Part shown: positions 15,990 to 24,613 of the stretch, piece after piece
How the letters are laid out: every line of letters starts with the position of its first letter
Position numbering within the stretch: position 1 is the stretch's first letter
Assembly: GCA_030429125.1 (NCBI GenBank)
Contig: JAUIDF010000001.1
Coordinates: forward strand, 1-43,416
Direction: 5' to 3'
Source: Gammaproteobacteria bacterium
Lineage (GTDB): Bacteria > Pseudomonadota > Gammaproteobacteria > Arenicellales > CAJQKF01
DNA length: 43,416 nt
The notes under the pieces: model-generated
The model's input: the letters and a program-made list of their open reading frames with translations, nothing else
Told to the model about the DNA's origin: nothing
Database searches by the model: none
Position numbers and translations under genes: made by a program

Positions 15990-17870
15990 ATGGATGCCGT
16001 ACGAAAAAACACCGCCGAGCGCAGCATCGACGGTCACGTGCTCGACGTGTTCGCGGACGTCGCCGATTTTCGCGACTTCGTGTACGAGCCCCCCCTGGTG
16101 CGGATCCGGGACGCCCTTTCGCCGCGCCACAAGCTGAAGATTCTCGATCAGCAGCGCGAAGGCGCCTGCACCGGTTTCGCCCTCGCGGCGGTCATCAACC
16201 TGCTCAACAGCACGCGCGGCAAGCGCTACCGGGTCAGCCCGCGAATGCTCTACGAGATGTCGCGGCATCACGACGAATGGCCGGGCAACGACTACAGTGG
16301 CTCCTCCTGTCGCGGCGCCATCAAGGGCTGGTATGCCATGGGTGTCTGCCGCGACGCCGACTGGCCCTACGTCGAGGGCGAACCGGGGGCATTGACCGTG
16401 GCTCGCGCCAAGGGTGCCCGCGAGACGCGCATCGGTGCCTACTACCGGCTGCGGCATCGGCTCGCCGATTTTCATGCCGCGCTCGGCGAGGCCGGCGCCA
16501 TTTTCGTCTCCGCCAACGTGCACGACGGTTGGGGGGCGGCCGCGGTGCGGGCCGCCGACGGCGTCATCGTTCACCGGCGGCAGACACCGCAGGCGGCCGG
16601 CCATGCCTTTGCATTGGTCGGCTACGACGAGCGCGGCTTCATCGTCCAGAACTCCTGGGGGGAGGACTGGGGACGGCAGGGCACCGCGATCTGGACCTAC
16701 GAGGACTGGTTCGAGAATGTTCGCGACGCCTGGGCATTCAGGCTGAGCCTGTCGGCGAAGGGCGTGTGGCAGGTATCGACCCGGGAGAAGCCGCGCGGCG
16801 ACGCGGGCGAGGCAGCCGCGGCGCCGACGCCGTTGCGAGGCGAGATCGCGGGCCACTTCGTCCATATCGATGACGGCGAATTTCATGCCCACGGTCGTTA
16901 CTGGAGCGATGCGAACGACGTCGAGGAGACCGCCCGCCTGCTCGCCGACAGCGCCGACTACGATCATCTCGTCCTGTACGCGCACGGCGGTCTGAACTCG
17001 CCCGCCGACTCGGCGCGACGCATCAAGGCGATGGCGCCGGTGTTCAAGGCCAACCGCGTGTATCCCTATCACTTCATGTACGACACCGGTCTCGGCGAGG
17101 AGATCAAGGACCTCGTGCTGCGCCGTGTCGGCGTCGCCAGCGAACGCGTCGGCGACGTTACCGACTGGACCGACCCCTTTCTCGAGCGCTCGCTGCGCAC
17201 CGCGGGCCGGGCCATATGGCGCGAGATGAAGCGCGGCGCCGAGCGCCCCTTCGAGCCCGGACGCGCCGGCTGGCGCACCCTCGAAACAATGGTCGGCCAC
17301 CTGCTGGGTGCAGCGCATCGCAAGGAAGTCCATCTCGTCGGCCACAGCACCGGCGCCATCCTGCTGGCCTACCTGCTGGCGGCGCTGGAAGCGCTGGCGC
17401 CGGGCATGCGCGTACGCAGCGTTTCGCTGTTCGCGCCGGCCGCCACGGTGGCCCTGTACCGGAGCCATTACCACCCGTTGCTGGAAACGGATCGGGCGTT
17501 CTTCGGTGTCGACCGGATGTGCGTCTACTCCCTCGACGACGATCTGGAGCAACGCGACAGCGTGGCGAAGCTGTATCGCAAGTCGCTGCTCTACCTGGTG
17601 TCGCGCGCCTTCGAGGAGAGGATTCCCGAGGCACTGCTCGGCATGCAGCACTACAGTGTCGCACTCGATCGGCGGGTGGGCCGGGCGGTCGATTTCGTCT
17701 ACAGCGACGGTGCCCCGGGTCCGAATGCCAGGACCGCGTCCACGACGCACGGCGGTTTCGACAACGATCCGTCCACGCTCAACGACGTGCTGGCCGGCGT
17801 CCTGGGCGGCGCGCCGCCGGTCCCGTTTCGCGACGAGGACCTCGTCTTCGCGCCGTCGTCGGCGGCCTGA
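15990..17870 (+). CDS. Fusion: papain-like (C1 family) cysteine peptidase domain + alpha/beta-hydrolase-like domain with GHSTG nucleophile elbow; no signal peptide
   Basis: ATG 15990 with GGGGAGGA 5 nt upstream; 626 aa. The C1 triad context is QREGAC(60)TGFA, AAGH(205)AFALVGYD and QN(221)SWGEDWG. After a linker come LVLYAHGGLNSPADSARR and VHLVGHS(453)TGAILLAYL, a lipase/esterase-type elbow reminiscent of DUF900-type hydrolases. The upstream 172 codons of track ORF 15474..17870 are Arg/Pro-rich and rejected. Confidence 0.8.
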   Translation: MDAVRKNTAERSIDGHVLDVFADVADFRDFVYEPPLVRIRDALSPRHKLKILDQQREGACTGFALAAVINLLNSTRGKRYRVSPRMLYEMSRHHDEWPGNDYSGSSCRGAIKGWYAMGVCRDADWPYVEGEPGALTVARAKGARETRIGAYYRLRHRLADFHAALGEAGAIFVSANVHDGWGAAAVRAADGVIVHRRQTPQAAGHAFALVGYDERGFIVQNSWGEDWGRQGTAIWTYEDWFENVRDAWAFRLSLSAKGVWQVSTREKPRGDAGEAAAAPTPLRGEIAGHFVHIDDGEFHAHGRYWSDANDVEETARLLADSADYDHLVLYAHGGLNSPADSARRIKAMAPVFKANRVYPYHFMYDTGLGEEIKDLVLRRVGVASERVGDVTDWTDPFLERSLRTAGRAIWREMKRGAERPFEPGRAGWRTLETMVGHLLGAAHRKEVHLVGHSTGAILLAYLLAALEALAPGMRVRSVSLFAPAATVALYRSHYHPLLETDRAFFGVDRMCVYSLDDDLEQRDSVAKLYRKSLLYLVSRAFEERIPEALLGMQHYSVALDRRVGRAVDFVYSDGAPGPNARTASTTHGGFDNDPSTLNDVLAGVLGGAPPVPFRDEDLVFAPSSAA

Positions 17871-17875
17871 GCGCG

Positions 17876-18457
17876 ATGGCCGAGTTCACACAGGCCTTCG
17901 CCCACGTGCTCGGTCACGAGGGCGGATACGTCGACGATCCTGCAGACGCCGGCGGAGAGACCTACAAGGGGATCGCGCGTGTGCACCATGGCGACTGGGG
18001 AGGATTCCGGCGTATCGACGCGGCGCGCGAGCGCGACGGTTTTCCGGATGTCCTGGAAGAAGACGGCATTCTCCAGCGGCAGGTACGCAAGTTCTACAAG
18101 GACCACTACTGGGATCGCCTGCTTGGCGATCACATCACCGACCAGGCGCTGGCCACGGAGCTGTTCGACACCGGCGTCAACATGGGGCTTCGCACCGCCG
18201 TGCGATTCCTGCAGGAGTCGGTCAACCTGCTCGACCGGGGCGCACCCGGCGGTCTCGTCGTCGACGGCTGGCTGGGTCGCAAAACCCTGGACGCGGTGCA
18301 CGCCCGGCTATCCGAGGACGGCGGCAGCGCATTCCTGTTGCAGCTGATCAACATTCTGCAGGGACATCGCTACGTCGAGATCATGCGCGCCAATCCCGGG
18401 CAGGAGCGCTTCGCGCGCGGATGGCTCAGGCGGGTGTCGATGGAGCGGGACGTATAG
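17876..18457 (+). CDS. GH108-family N-acetylmuramidase with C-terminal PG_binding_3 peptidoglycan-binding domain (endolysin-like)
   Basis: ATG 17876, 5 nt after the peptidase stop; 193 aa. The N-terminus FAHVLGHEGGYVDDPADAGGETYKGI is the GH108 signature with the catalytic Glu in HEGG. The C-terminal part DGWLGRKTLDAV fits PG_binding_3. There is no signal peptide. Confidence 0.9.
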   Translation: MAEFTQAFAHVLGHEGGYVDDPADAGGETYKGIARVHHGDWGGFRRIDAARERDGFPDVLEEDGILQRQVRKFYKDHYWDRLLGDHITDQALATELFDTGVNMGLRTAVRFLQESVNLLDRGAPGGLVVDGWLGRKTLDAVHARLSEDGGSAFLLQLINILQGHRYVEIMRANPGQERFARGWLRRVSMERDV

Positions 18458-18642
18458 CGGGCGCATCGCCCAACAGTCACCCGCATTGCCGCCGGCGGTG
18501 CCGGTGCCTTCTCGTCGCGGCGCACGGGGAAGGGCGACCCCGTCGCCGGTTTCCCCGCCTGCAACCAGCATGCATAATGACGCCATGAACGGGCGGCTCG
18601 CGCGCCGGGCGCCAGGCAGGGCGTCGCATCCGCCTTGACGAT

Positions 18643-21324
18643 ATGGCCGCCGGCAAGGCGTCCATGCTTCACTCCGATTCCGTCTTTCCACCCCGACGCC
18701 CGCGAATGACTCGTCAACTGCCCGCAGTCGTCCGCAAGGCCCTGGAGGGTCTGTCGCAGCCGGTCCCGGTCGTCGTCCACCCCGACGTTCTCGACGTCAT
18801 TGCGCGGTTGCCGGGGCCGACCGGCGGTGTCATGCCGTTGCCCGACGACATCGTCGCGAGACCGGCACCCTGCACCGCCTGGCAGTGGCATCGCGAGCGG
18901 CTGATCGAAGCGCTGCGCACGGAAGACGACGTGGTGCAGCGGGCCAGGCGTGCCTTTCATGCCAACTGGCTGCTGGTACTGGCATCGCCACCGGCGACCC
19001 GGCAGGCGCTGACCCTGAGCGTGATCATTCCCGTGTACAACCGCGCGGGCATGGTGGTCGAGGCGATCGAGAGCGCATTGGCGCAAACCGCGGTGGCGGT
19101 GCAGGTCGTGGTGGTGGACGACGGGTCCACCGACGACATCGACGTTGCACTTGCGCCTTATGCCGGCCGCATCGTGTGGCGGCGCCAGCGGAATCACGGC
19201 GTTGCCCACGCGCGCAACCGCGGCATCGAGCTGGCAAGCGGCGATTTCCTGTGCTTTCTCGATTCGGATAACCTGCTCGATGCCGACGCCGCCCGGCAAT
19301 GGCTTCGGGGCTTCTGCGCGGTGCCGGATGCCGGCCTGTGCCATGCGCCGCCGCGGCAGCGTGTGCAGGCGCTCGGCCGCGGCGGCGAGTGGCCGTTTCC
19401 CGATGGTGGCGACGACTGCCCGACGACCGACCTGCTTCGCGCGGCGTCCATTTCCTACCCGTTCCCCATGGTGGGCGTGTGCCTGCCGCGATGGGTGGTG
19501 CTTGAGGCCGGGGGGTTCGACGAGTCGCTGGTGAAGGGCGAGGACAATCGCTTCTGGTTTCGGCTGGGTCTCGAAGGTGTCAAGGCGGTGGGATTGAAGC
19601 GCCGGCTCAACGAACGGCGCGTCGTCGCCGGCAGCCTGTCCGACGACCCGGTATATGCGACCGGCGCCGAGGCCGGTATCCTGGCACGCCATGTCCTCGA
19701 CCTGCTTGAGCGGCCGTGTCATTGGCACCTGGTCGGCAACGTCTTGCGACAGCTGTCGTACACCAGGCGATGGCCCTGGCTGGCAACCTCGACGCACGAC
19801 GATGCCGTGCGCATGCGCTCCGTCCTGTCGGAGTGCGTGCGGGACATCGCCCGGCAGCCGTGGTCGGACGTGGCGGCGACGGCCTCGTTGCTGGCGACGT
19901 TCGCACGCGCCATCGACGCCTTGCGCGCCGCGCAGCCCGACCTCTTCGTCGATGCCGGCGGCTTTCTGCCGGACTTGTCCCGGACCATCGCCGATGCGGT
20001 GATCGACCCGCCGGCCGGTGTCCGCGCCGGTCGGGATCGGGGCGAACGGGCAACTGCAGCGGTTCCCCGATGGCTCGAAGCGCTGGCCATCGACGGTGTG
20101 CTGCCGTCGCCCGGCAGCGTTCACGCTCTACCGACTGCCGCGGCGCCACCGCGGACCGCGGACCTCGTCGCCCGGCCCGGTCCGCCGTGCCCGGTCGAGT
20201 GGCATGCGCGACGGCTGCGCCGATGGTTGCGGGACCGGGCGGCGGCGTCGCCTGCACGACTCGCGGCGGCGCAGTACCACGCCCGCGCCTGCGCACGCCT
20301 GCTGGCACCCGGCGACGGACGCTTCGCCGCCACCGTAAGCGTCGTGATTCCGGTGCGTGACCGGGCCCGGGAGGTCGTGGAGGCGGTGCACAGCGTGCTT
20401 CGGCAAACGCTGCCGCCGCTGGAGGTCATCGTCGTCGACGATGGTTCGACGCAGGATACCGGCGCCGCGCTGTCGCGCTGCAGCGAACCGGTCCACCTGA
20501 TCCGGCAGCCACATGCGGGACCGGCCGTGGCCCGAAATCGCGGCATCGCCGCCGCGCGCGGCGAATTCGTGCATTTTCTCGACTCCGACGACCTGCTCGA
20601 TGCCGACGCCATCGCCGCCAAGGTGGCCGCCTTCGCCGCCGTTGCCGATGCCGGGCTCGTGTTTTCCGCGGTGCGAATCGCCGAAGACGGCGAGGGACGG
20701 ATTTCGAAGGTCTACGAGGACTTCGAAATGCCGGCCACCGGCCTGCCGGGCTGCCCGACGCTCGACCTGATGGCGGTGGTGGCCGCGGGGCGCTATCCGT
20801 TCCTGACCAGTACGGTCATGGCGCCGCGCTGGCTTCTCCTGGCCGAGGGCGGATTCCACCCGCTGCTGCACCGTGCGGAGGATTCCCACCTGTTCTTTCG
20901 CCTGGGCCTGCGCGGTACCAAGGTCGTCGGATCCAAGCGTTCGCTGACCACGCGTCGGCTGTTGCCGGTTCGGCAATCCGTGGCGAACCATCGCGGCGAC
21001 GCCTGTTCCGGGCTCGTGACGCTTCTCGACCTGCTTGCCGTTCTCGCGCGGCCCGCCTCGCGGCTGCATCTCGCCTCGACGCTGCGGCGGATGGCGCAGC
21101 CCCATCGCTGGCCGTGGATCGAGGACTCGGCCGATCAGCGAATCGAGGGCCTGCGCCTCGATGTCCTGGGTGCCGTCCCGCGCCTGGATCGGGCCACGGC
21201 GAGCCGCTGTCTCGACGAAGTGCAGAAATGGCCGGCGTCGACGACGGGGTGCGGTCGATTCCGGGCCCGGTTGGAGATGGCGCTTCGGCAGGCGGCAGGC
21301 ACGGCACGCGGCGCGACCGAATGA
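18643..21324 (+). CDS. Tandem-duplicated family 2 glycosyltransferase (two complete GT2 modules in one 893-aa protein)
   Basis: Module 1: LSVIIPVYNRAGMVVEAIESALAQT...VVVVDDGSTDD...HGVAHARNRGIELASGDFLCFLDSDNLLD. Module 2: VSVVIPVRDRAREVVEAVHSVLRQT...VIVVDDGSTQD...AGPAVARNRGIAAARGEFVHFLDSDDLLD. The start is uncertain (ATG 18643, 18664 or 18706). Confidence 0.85.
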   Translation: MAAGKASMLHSDSVFPPRRPRMTRQLPAVVRKALEGLSQPVPVVVHPDVLDVIARLPGPTGGVMPLPDDIVARPAPCTAWQWHRERLIEALRTEDDVVQRARRAFHANWLLVLASPPATRQALTLSVIIPVYNRAGMVVEAIESALAQTAVAVQVVVVDDGSTDDIDVALAPYAGRIVWRRQRNHGVAHARNRGIELASGDFLCFLDSDNLLDADAARQWLRGFCAVPDAGLCHAPPRQRVQALGRGGEWPFPDGGDDCPTTDLLRAASISYPFPMVGVCLPRWVVLEAGGFDESLVKGEDNRFWFRLGLEGVKAVGLKRRLNERRVVAGSLSDDPVYATGAEAGILARHVLDLLERPCHWHLVGNVLRQLSYTRRWPWLATSTHDDAVRMRSVLSECVRDIARQPWSDVAATASLLATFARAIDALRAAQPDLFVDAGGFLPDLSRTIADAVIDPPAGVRAGRDRGERATAAVPRWLEALAIDGVLPSPGSVHALPTAAAPPRTADLVARPGPPCPVEWHARRLRRWLRDRAAASPARLAAAQYHARACARLLAPGDGRFAATVSVVIPVRDRAREVVEAVHSVLRQTLPPLEVIVVDDGSTQDTGAALSRCSEPVHLIRQPHAGPAVARNRGIAAARGEFVHFLDSDDLLDADAIAAKVAAFAAVADAGLVFSAVRIAEDGEGRISKVYEDFEMPATGLPGCPTLDLMAVVAAGRYPFLTSTVMAPRWLLLAEGGFHPLLHRAEDSHLFFRLGLRGTKVVGSKRSLTTRRLLPVRQSVANHRGDACSGLVTLLDLLAVLARPASRLHLASTLRRMAQPHRWPWIEDSADQRIEGLRLDVLGAVPRLDRATASRCLDEVQKWPASTTGCGRFRARLEMALRQAAGTARGATE

Positions 21325-21342
21325 TCCCCGGACCGCGCCGTG

Positions 21343-22653
21343 TCAGGTGGCGGTCCTTGCCTGGTCGTGTTCAGGCCCTGTCCCAACGTACGCCGACGCC
21401 AGCCGGGACGTGGCCGGCACCAGCTCGTCGGGCTTCGCCCCGGCGCGCAACCGGTCGAACGTCGAGAAGAAGCTGTCGATACTGGCCGCGTCGGCAACGT
21501 CGACCAGTGCGGCGAGGGGACGGCGGGTGAAGGACAGTGCGGCGCGCGCGATGGCGCGTCGGTCGCCGGCATCGACCGAATCCAGGTGGACGTAGCGCAG
21601 GTACTTCTTGCTGCCGATGAAGCGAAAAGCGTGACTTCCGGCCTCGACCACCAGCACCTCGTAGTCGCGAAAATGCTTCTCGAGATAGGCCGCGATTTCC
21701 CGGGGTGCGCGGCGTCCGTCGCCGGCGGTGCGGGCGCTGACCGGCAACACCACGGAAACAGAAGGCAGCGCAACGGTCTTCGGGTCGACCCGCTCCCAGC
21801 CCCAGCGGCGATCGTTCGCCGCCAGCGTGACGGGCGCGTCGTGGCTGAAGCGCACCGCGCGAAATCCCCGGTTGGCGTAGTCGCGCAGTGCCTCCGGATC
21901 CATGGCCTGCACGCGCAGGTACTCGGCTTCGTTGGAGCGGTAGTACTCGTTGTAGACGCTGTCGCTGAGACGCGGGTGTGCAAGGTGATACGCGTTGAAC
22001 CGCGACACCCGCGCGAGGCCGGCATCGAGCTTGGCGACCCGTTCGGCGAATTCCATGTCTTCGAATCCGTAGGAGACGAAGTTCTCGTTCCAGCCGCCGA
22101 TCTCGTTGAAGGCGCGTCGCCGGCACAGCGTGCCGCCGCCCGTGGCCAGGTACTGGTGGTTGCCGTAAATCGGCCGCATGTGCCGGTGGCTGTACCGGTT
22201 GCCGTGTTGCTGGTACGTGGGGGGGAAGAAGGCGAGTTCGTCGATTACACCGGGGAAGTGCAATTCGCCGTCGATGAACGCCTCGTCGATCTCGACCAGC
22301 ACGCCGTTGAAGGGCTGCACGAAATTCTCGCCGTCGATGACCCGGCGATACGCCAGCGCCATGGCGGCGGGATGCATGAATACGTCGCAGTCGGCCATCA
22401 GCAGCCACTCGCCGGCAGCCATGCGTGCCGCGTAATTGAAGTTTCGCGTCTTCCAGTGAACGTCCCCGGATCGAATGAAATGATAGTGGACATTCGCAGC
22501 CTTCGTGGCCCGCGCAGGGACGCGGCGTTCGAGGTCCTGTTCGACGATGACCACGTCGTAGTCGACGAAGAACGTCTCGTAGTAGTCCAGTACCAGGTGC
22601 AGGTTGCGCAGGCGCTCGGGGGAGTCGATCCGGATCGACAGCAGAATGCTCAC
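21343..22653 (-). CDS. GT-A fold glycosyltransferase with beta-1,4-galactosyltransferase-like (Glyco_transf_7C-type) C-terminal motif, plus extra C-terminal domain
   Basis: The protein-like part of track ORF 21343..23151 begins at VSILLSIRIDSPERL (GTG 22653). It has ADCDVF (DxD-like) and ATGGGTLCRRRAFNEIGGWNENFVSYGFEDMEFAERV. The upstream 166 codons are Arg/Pro-rich and overlap the next gene. AAGGAG abuts the GTG, so the exact start is uncertain. Confidence 0.7.
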   Translation of the reverse strand: MSILLSIRIDSPERLRNLHLVLDYYETFFVDYDVVIVEQDLERRVPARATKAANVHYHFIRSGDVHWKTRNFNYAARMAAGEWLLMADCDVFMHPAAMALAYRRVIDGENFVQPFNGVLVEIDEAFIDGELHFPGVIDELAFFPPTYQQHGNRYSHRHMRPIYGNHQYLATGGGTLCRRRAFNEIGGWNENFVSYGFEDMEFAERVAKLDAGLARVSRFNAYHLAHPRLSDSVYNEYYRSNEAEYLRVQAMDPEALRDYANRGFRAVRFSHDAPVTLAANDRRWGWERVDPKTVALPSVSVVLPVSARTAGDGRRAPREIAAYLEKHFRDYEVLVVEAGSHAFRFIGSKKYLRYVHLDSVDAGDRRAIARAALSFTRRPLAALVDVADAASIDSFFSTFDRLRAGAKPDELVPATSRLASAYVGTGPEHDQARTAT

Positions 22654-22739
22654 TCCTTCGAGCGATGTTCGCCCAGCGCCCCCCGCTACGTGCGGTGGGC
22701 GATCGCTTTCTTGGTCGTCTCCCGACACCGGCGAAGCCG

Positions 22740-23810
22740 TCAGGCGACCACGATCCAGCGGGCGCGGGGGTCCTGTCCGGGGACGCGCTGCGGCGGGAAC
22801 AGGCTGATCAATCGTCCCGAGTCCGCCAGTTGCCTGCCGCGCGCGGAGCCGGGATCGGCGAGGGCAACGCGCGCGCCGAGCTCGCTCATGCATTGCACGA
22901 CGTCGAGCGCCCGTCGGTACGGCGGGCGGCCGGGGTGCGGGGCCAGCGCGTCGAGGAATTTCTCCGCGTCCACGATGCCGTCGTACTTGTAGTCGCTCCG
23001 CGACTCGAACCGTTCCGGCTGTTGCGAGCAGCGCACGTCGGGCGGCAGGTTCTCGATGTCGAGACCGAGTTCCAGCACGCCGTAGCACAGGAAGTCGTCG
23101 CTGAAGTAGTGGGGATAGCGCCGCACGTCGAAGCCGCCGATGCGGTTCCACACGCTCCTTCTAATGCCGAAAAACGAGGTGTTGGCGCAAAGGATCCGGC
23201 GATCGCCCGCTGCCGTCAGCACCCGACCGGTGTTCCAGGGTGCGCGCTGGACGTTGAGCGCGTGCACCTTGTCCAGGTAGCCTTTTCGGGCGACGTTCGA
23301 CTCGCGCGTGCGCAGCGTGAACTCGAGTCCGTCGTTGCGCCAGCGCGTGGCGTCGTGTCCACCACCCCAGTTGTAGTGCCAGCCCACGAGGCCGACGTTG
23401 GGCGCATGGAACAGTCGCTCGGCACAGGTGTCCACCAGCCCCCGGCCCACCCGAACGTCGGTGTTGATGTTGAAGAGAAACTCGTGCCGGGCCAGGCTGA
23501 AGCCGAGATTGACGCCGGCGACGTGCCCGTGTCCGGACGGCGCCCTGACCAGGCGGTCGATGACGCCCGACATGGCCAGGTACTCGAGATACAGGTTCAA
23601 CGTCGGCGACGCGTCATGGACGACGACGATGAGTTCGTGGTGGCGGCACTTCCACCTGGCGATCTTCTCCAGGCAGCGCTGCGTATAGCGTGTATCGATG
23701 CCGTACGTGGTGACGACGACGGAAACGGGAAGCTGGTGTGTCACGACGCGGCAGCGGGTGGCTGAAGGATGATCCCTGGTGGCTGGTTGTGTAGTATTGG
23801 CCAATTCCAC
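22740..23810 (-). CDS. Family 2-like glycosyltransferase (GT-A fold)
   Basis: 356-aa ORF with LPVSVVVTTYGIDTRYTQRCLEKI, LIVVVHDASP, GHVAGVNLGFSLARHEFLFNINTDV and FGIRRSVWNRIGGFD. Start is GTG 23810, or GTG 23744 giving MTHQLPVSVVV. Confidence 0.75.
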   Translation of the reverse strand: MELANTTQPATRDHPSATRCRVVTHQLPVSVVVTTYGIDTRYTQRCLEKIARWKCRHHELIVVVHDASPTLNLYLEYLAMSGVIDRLVRAPSGHGHVAGVNLGFSLARHEFLFNINTDVRVGRGLVDTCAERLFHAPNVGLVGWHYNWGGGHDATRWRNDGLEFTLRTRESNVARKGYLDKVHALNVQRAPWNTGRVLTAAGDRRILCANTSFFGIRRSVWNRIGGFDVRRYPHYFSDDFLCYGVLELGLDIENLPPDVRCSQQPERFESRSDYKYDGIVDAEKFLDALAPHPGRPPYRRALDVVQCMSELGARVALADPGSARGRQLADSGRLISLFPPQRVPGQDPRARWIVVA

Positions 23811-23875
23811 GATCCCGGGTCACGGACGATGCCACTGGGTGATCGACCGTAGCGAATATCGAGGACGCTCAAGAC

Positions 23876-24613
23876 GTGACCGTGCCACGCTTTTACCCGG
23901 AAGAAGGTGATCTGCTCCAGCGCGCTGCGTCGCTCAGGGACGCATACAACGCCGCCCGTCCCTTTCCGCACGCGGTTATTGACGGCCTGTTTCCGGAGGT
24001 CGTGCTCGACGCCATTCTAGACGAATTTCCGCAACCCGGGCAATGCGACTGGTTCCGGTTCGACAACCCGCGCGAGCAGAAACTGGGTACCCGTGCGACC
24101 GAAGGACTGGGGGCGGCGACGCGTGACTTTCTGTGCCGACTGAACGAACCCGGCTTCGTGAAATTCGTCGAGTCGGTGACGGGAATCGGAGCGCTGGTGC
24201 CGGACCCGGCCTATCACGGTGGCGGATTGCACCAGATCGAACCGGGCGGTTTCCTGAAGATTCACGCCGATTTCAACTGGCATCGGCAGTTGCAGCTATA
24301 CCGTCGTGTCAACCTGATCGTCTATCTCAACCGCTCGTGGGAGCCGCGCTACGGCGGCCACCTGCAGCTCTGGAATCGCGACATGTCGGCGTGCGAGGCG
24401 ACGGTGTCGCCCGTTTTCAACCGCACCGTGATCTTCACCACCACGGACAGTTCCTTTCACGGGCATCCGGATCCGCTGAACTGCCCGGCGGGTCGAACAC
24501 GCAAGTCCCTGGCGCTCTATTACTACGCCAAGGAACCGCCGCCATCGGCGACGGTCGATGCTCATTGCACGATCTTCAGGCAGCGCCCCGGAGAGGCCTT
24601 CGGCTCCGGCTGA
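23876..24613 (+). CDS. 2OG-Fe(II) oxygenase (prolyl-4-hydroxylase-like superfamily)
   Basis: GTG 23876 with GAGGA 10 nt upstream; 245 aa. FPHAVIDGLFP, GGFLKIHADF (HxD), RRVNLIVYLN, GGHLQLW and the distal SFHGHP with RKSLALYYY fit a 2OG oxygenase jelly-roll. Confidence 0.75.
   Translation: MTVPRFYPEEGDLLQRAASLRDAYNAARPFPHAVIDGLFPEVVLDAILDEFPQPGQCDWFRFDNPREQKLGTRATEGLGAATRDFLCRLNEPGFVKFVESVTGIGALVPDPAYHGGGLHQIEPGGFLKIHADFNWHRQLQLYRRVNLIVYLNRSWEPRYGGHLQLWNRDMSACEATVSPVFNRTVIFTTTDSSFHGHPDPLNCPAGRTRKSLALYYYAKEPPPSATVDAHCTIFRQRPGEAFGSG

Noticed and set aside
15822-17750. 642-aa minus-strand ORF, 18370..20124 (-, 584 aa), 21340..22992 (+, 550 aa), 30652..31788 (+), 31923..33005 (-), 34472..35995 (+), 36629..37876 (+) and 40714..42015 (-).
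   Set aside because: All lie antisense to genes with strong signatures (C1 peptidase, GT2, GT, SrkA, DUF3604, TIR-WD40, NYN, Cyc2-like). They have junk-like composition.
17876-18457. GH108 endolysin-type gene as evidence for a prophage.
   Set aside because: No integrase, terminase, capsid, tail, holin or spanin genes and no att-like repeats are visible within 20 kb on either side. The flanks are glycosyltransferase genes with the same composition.
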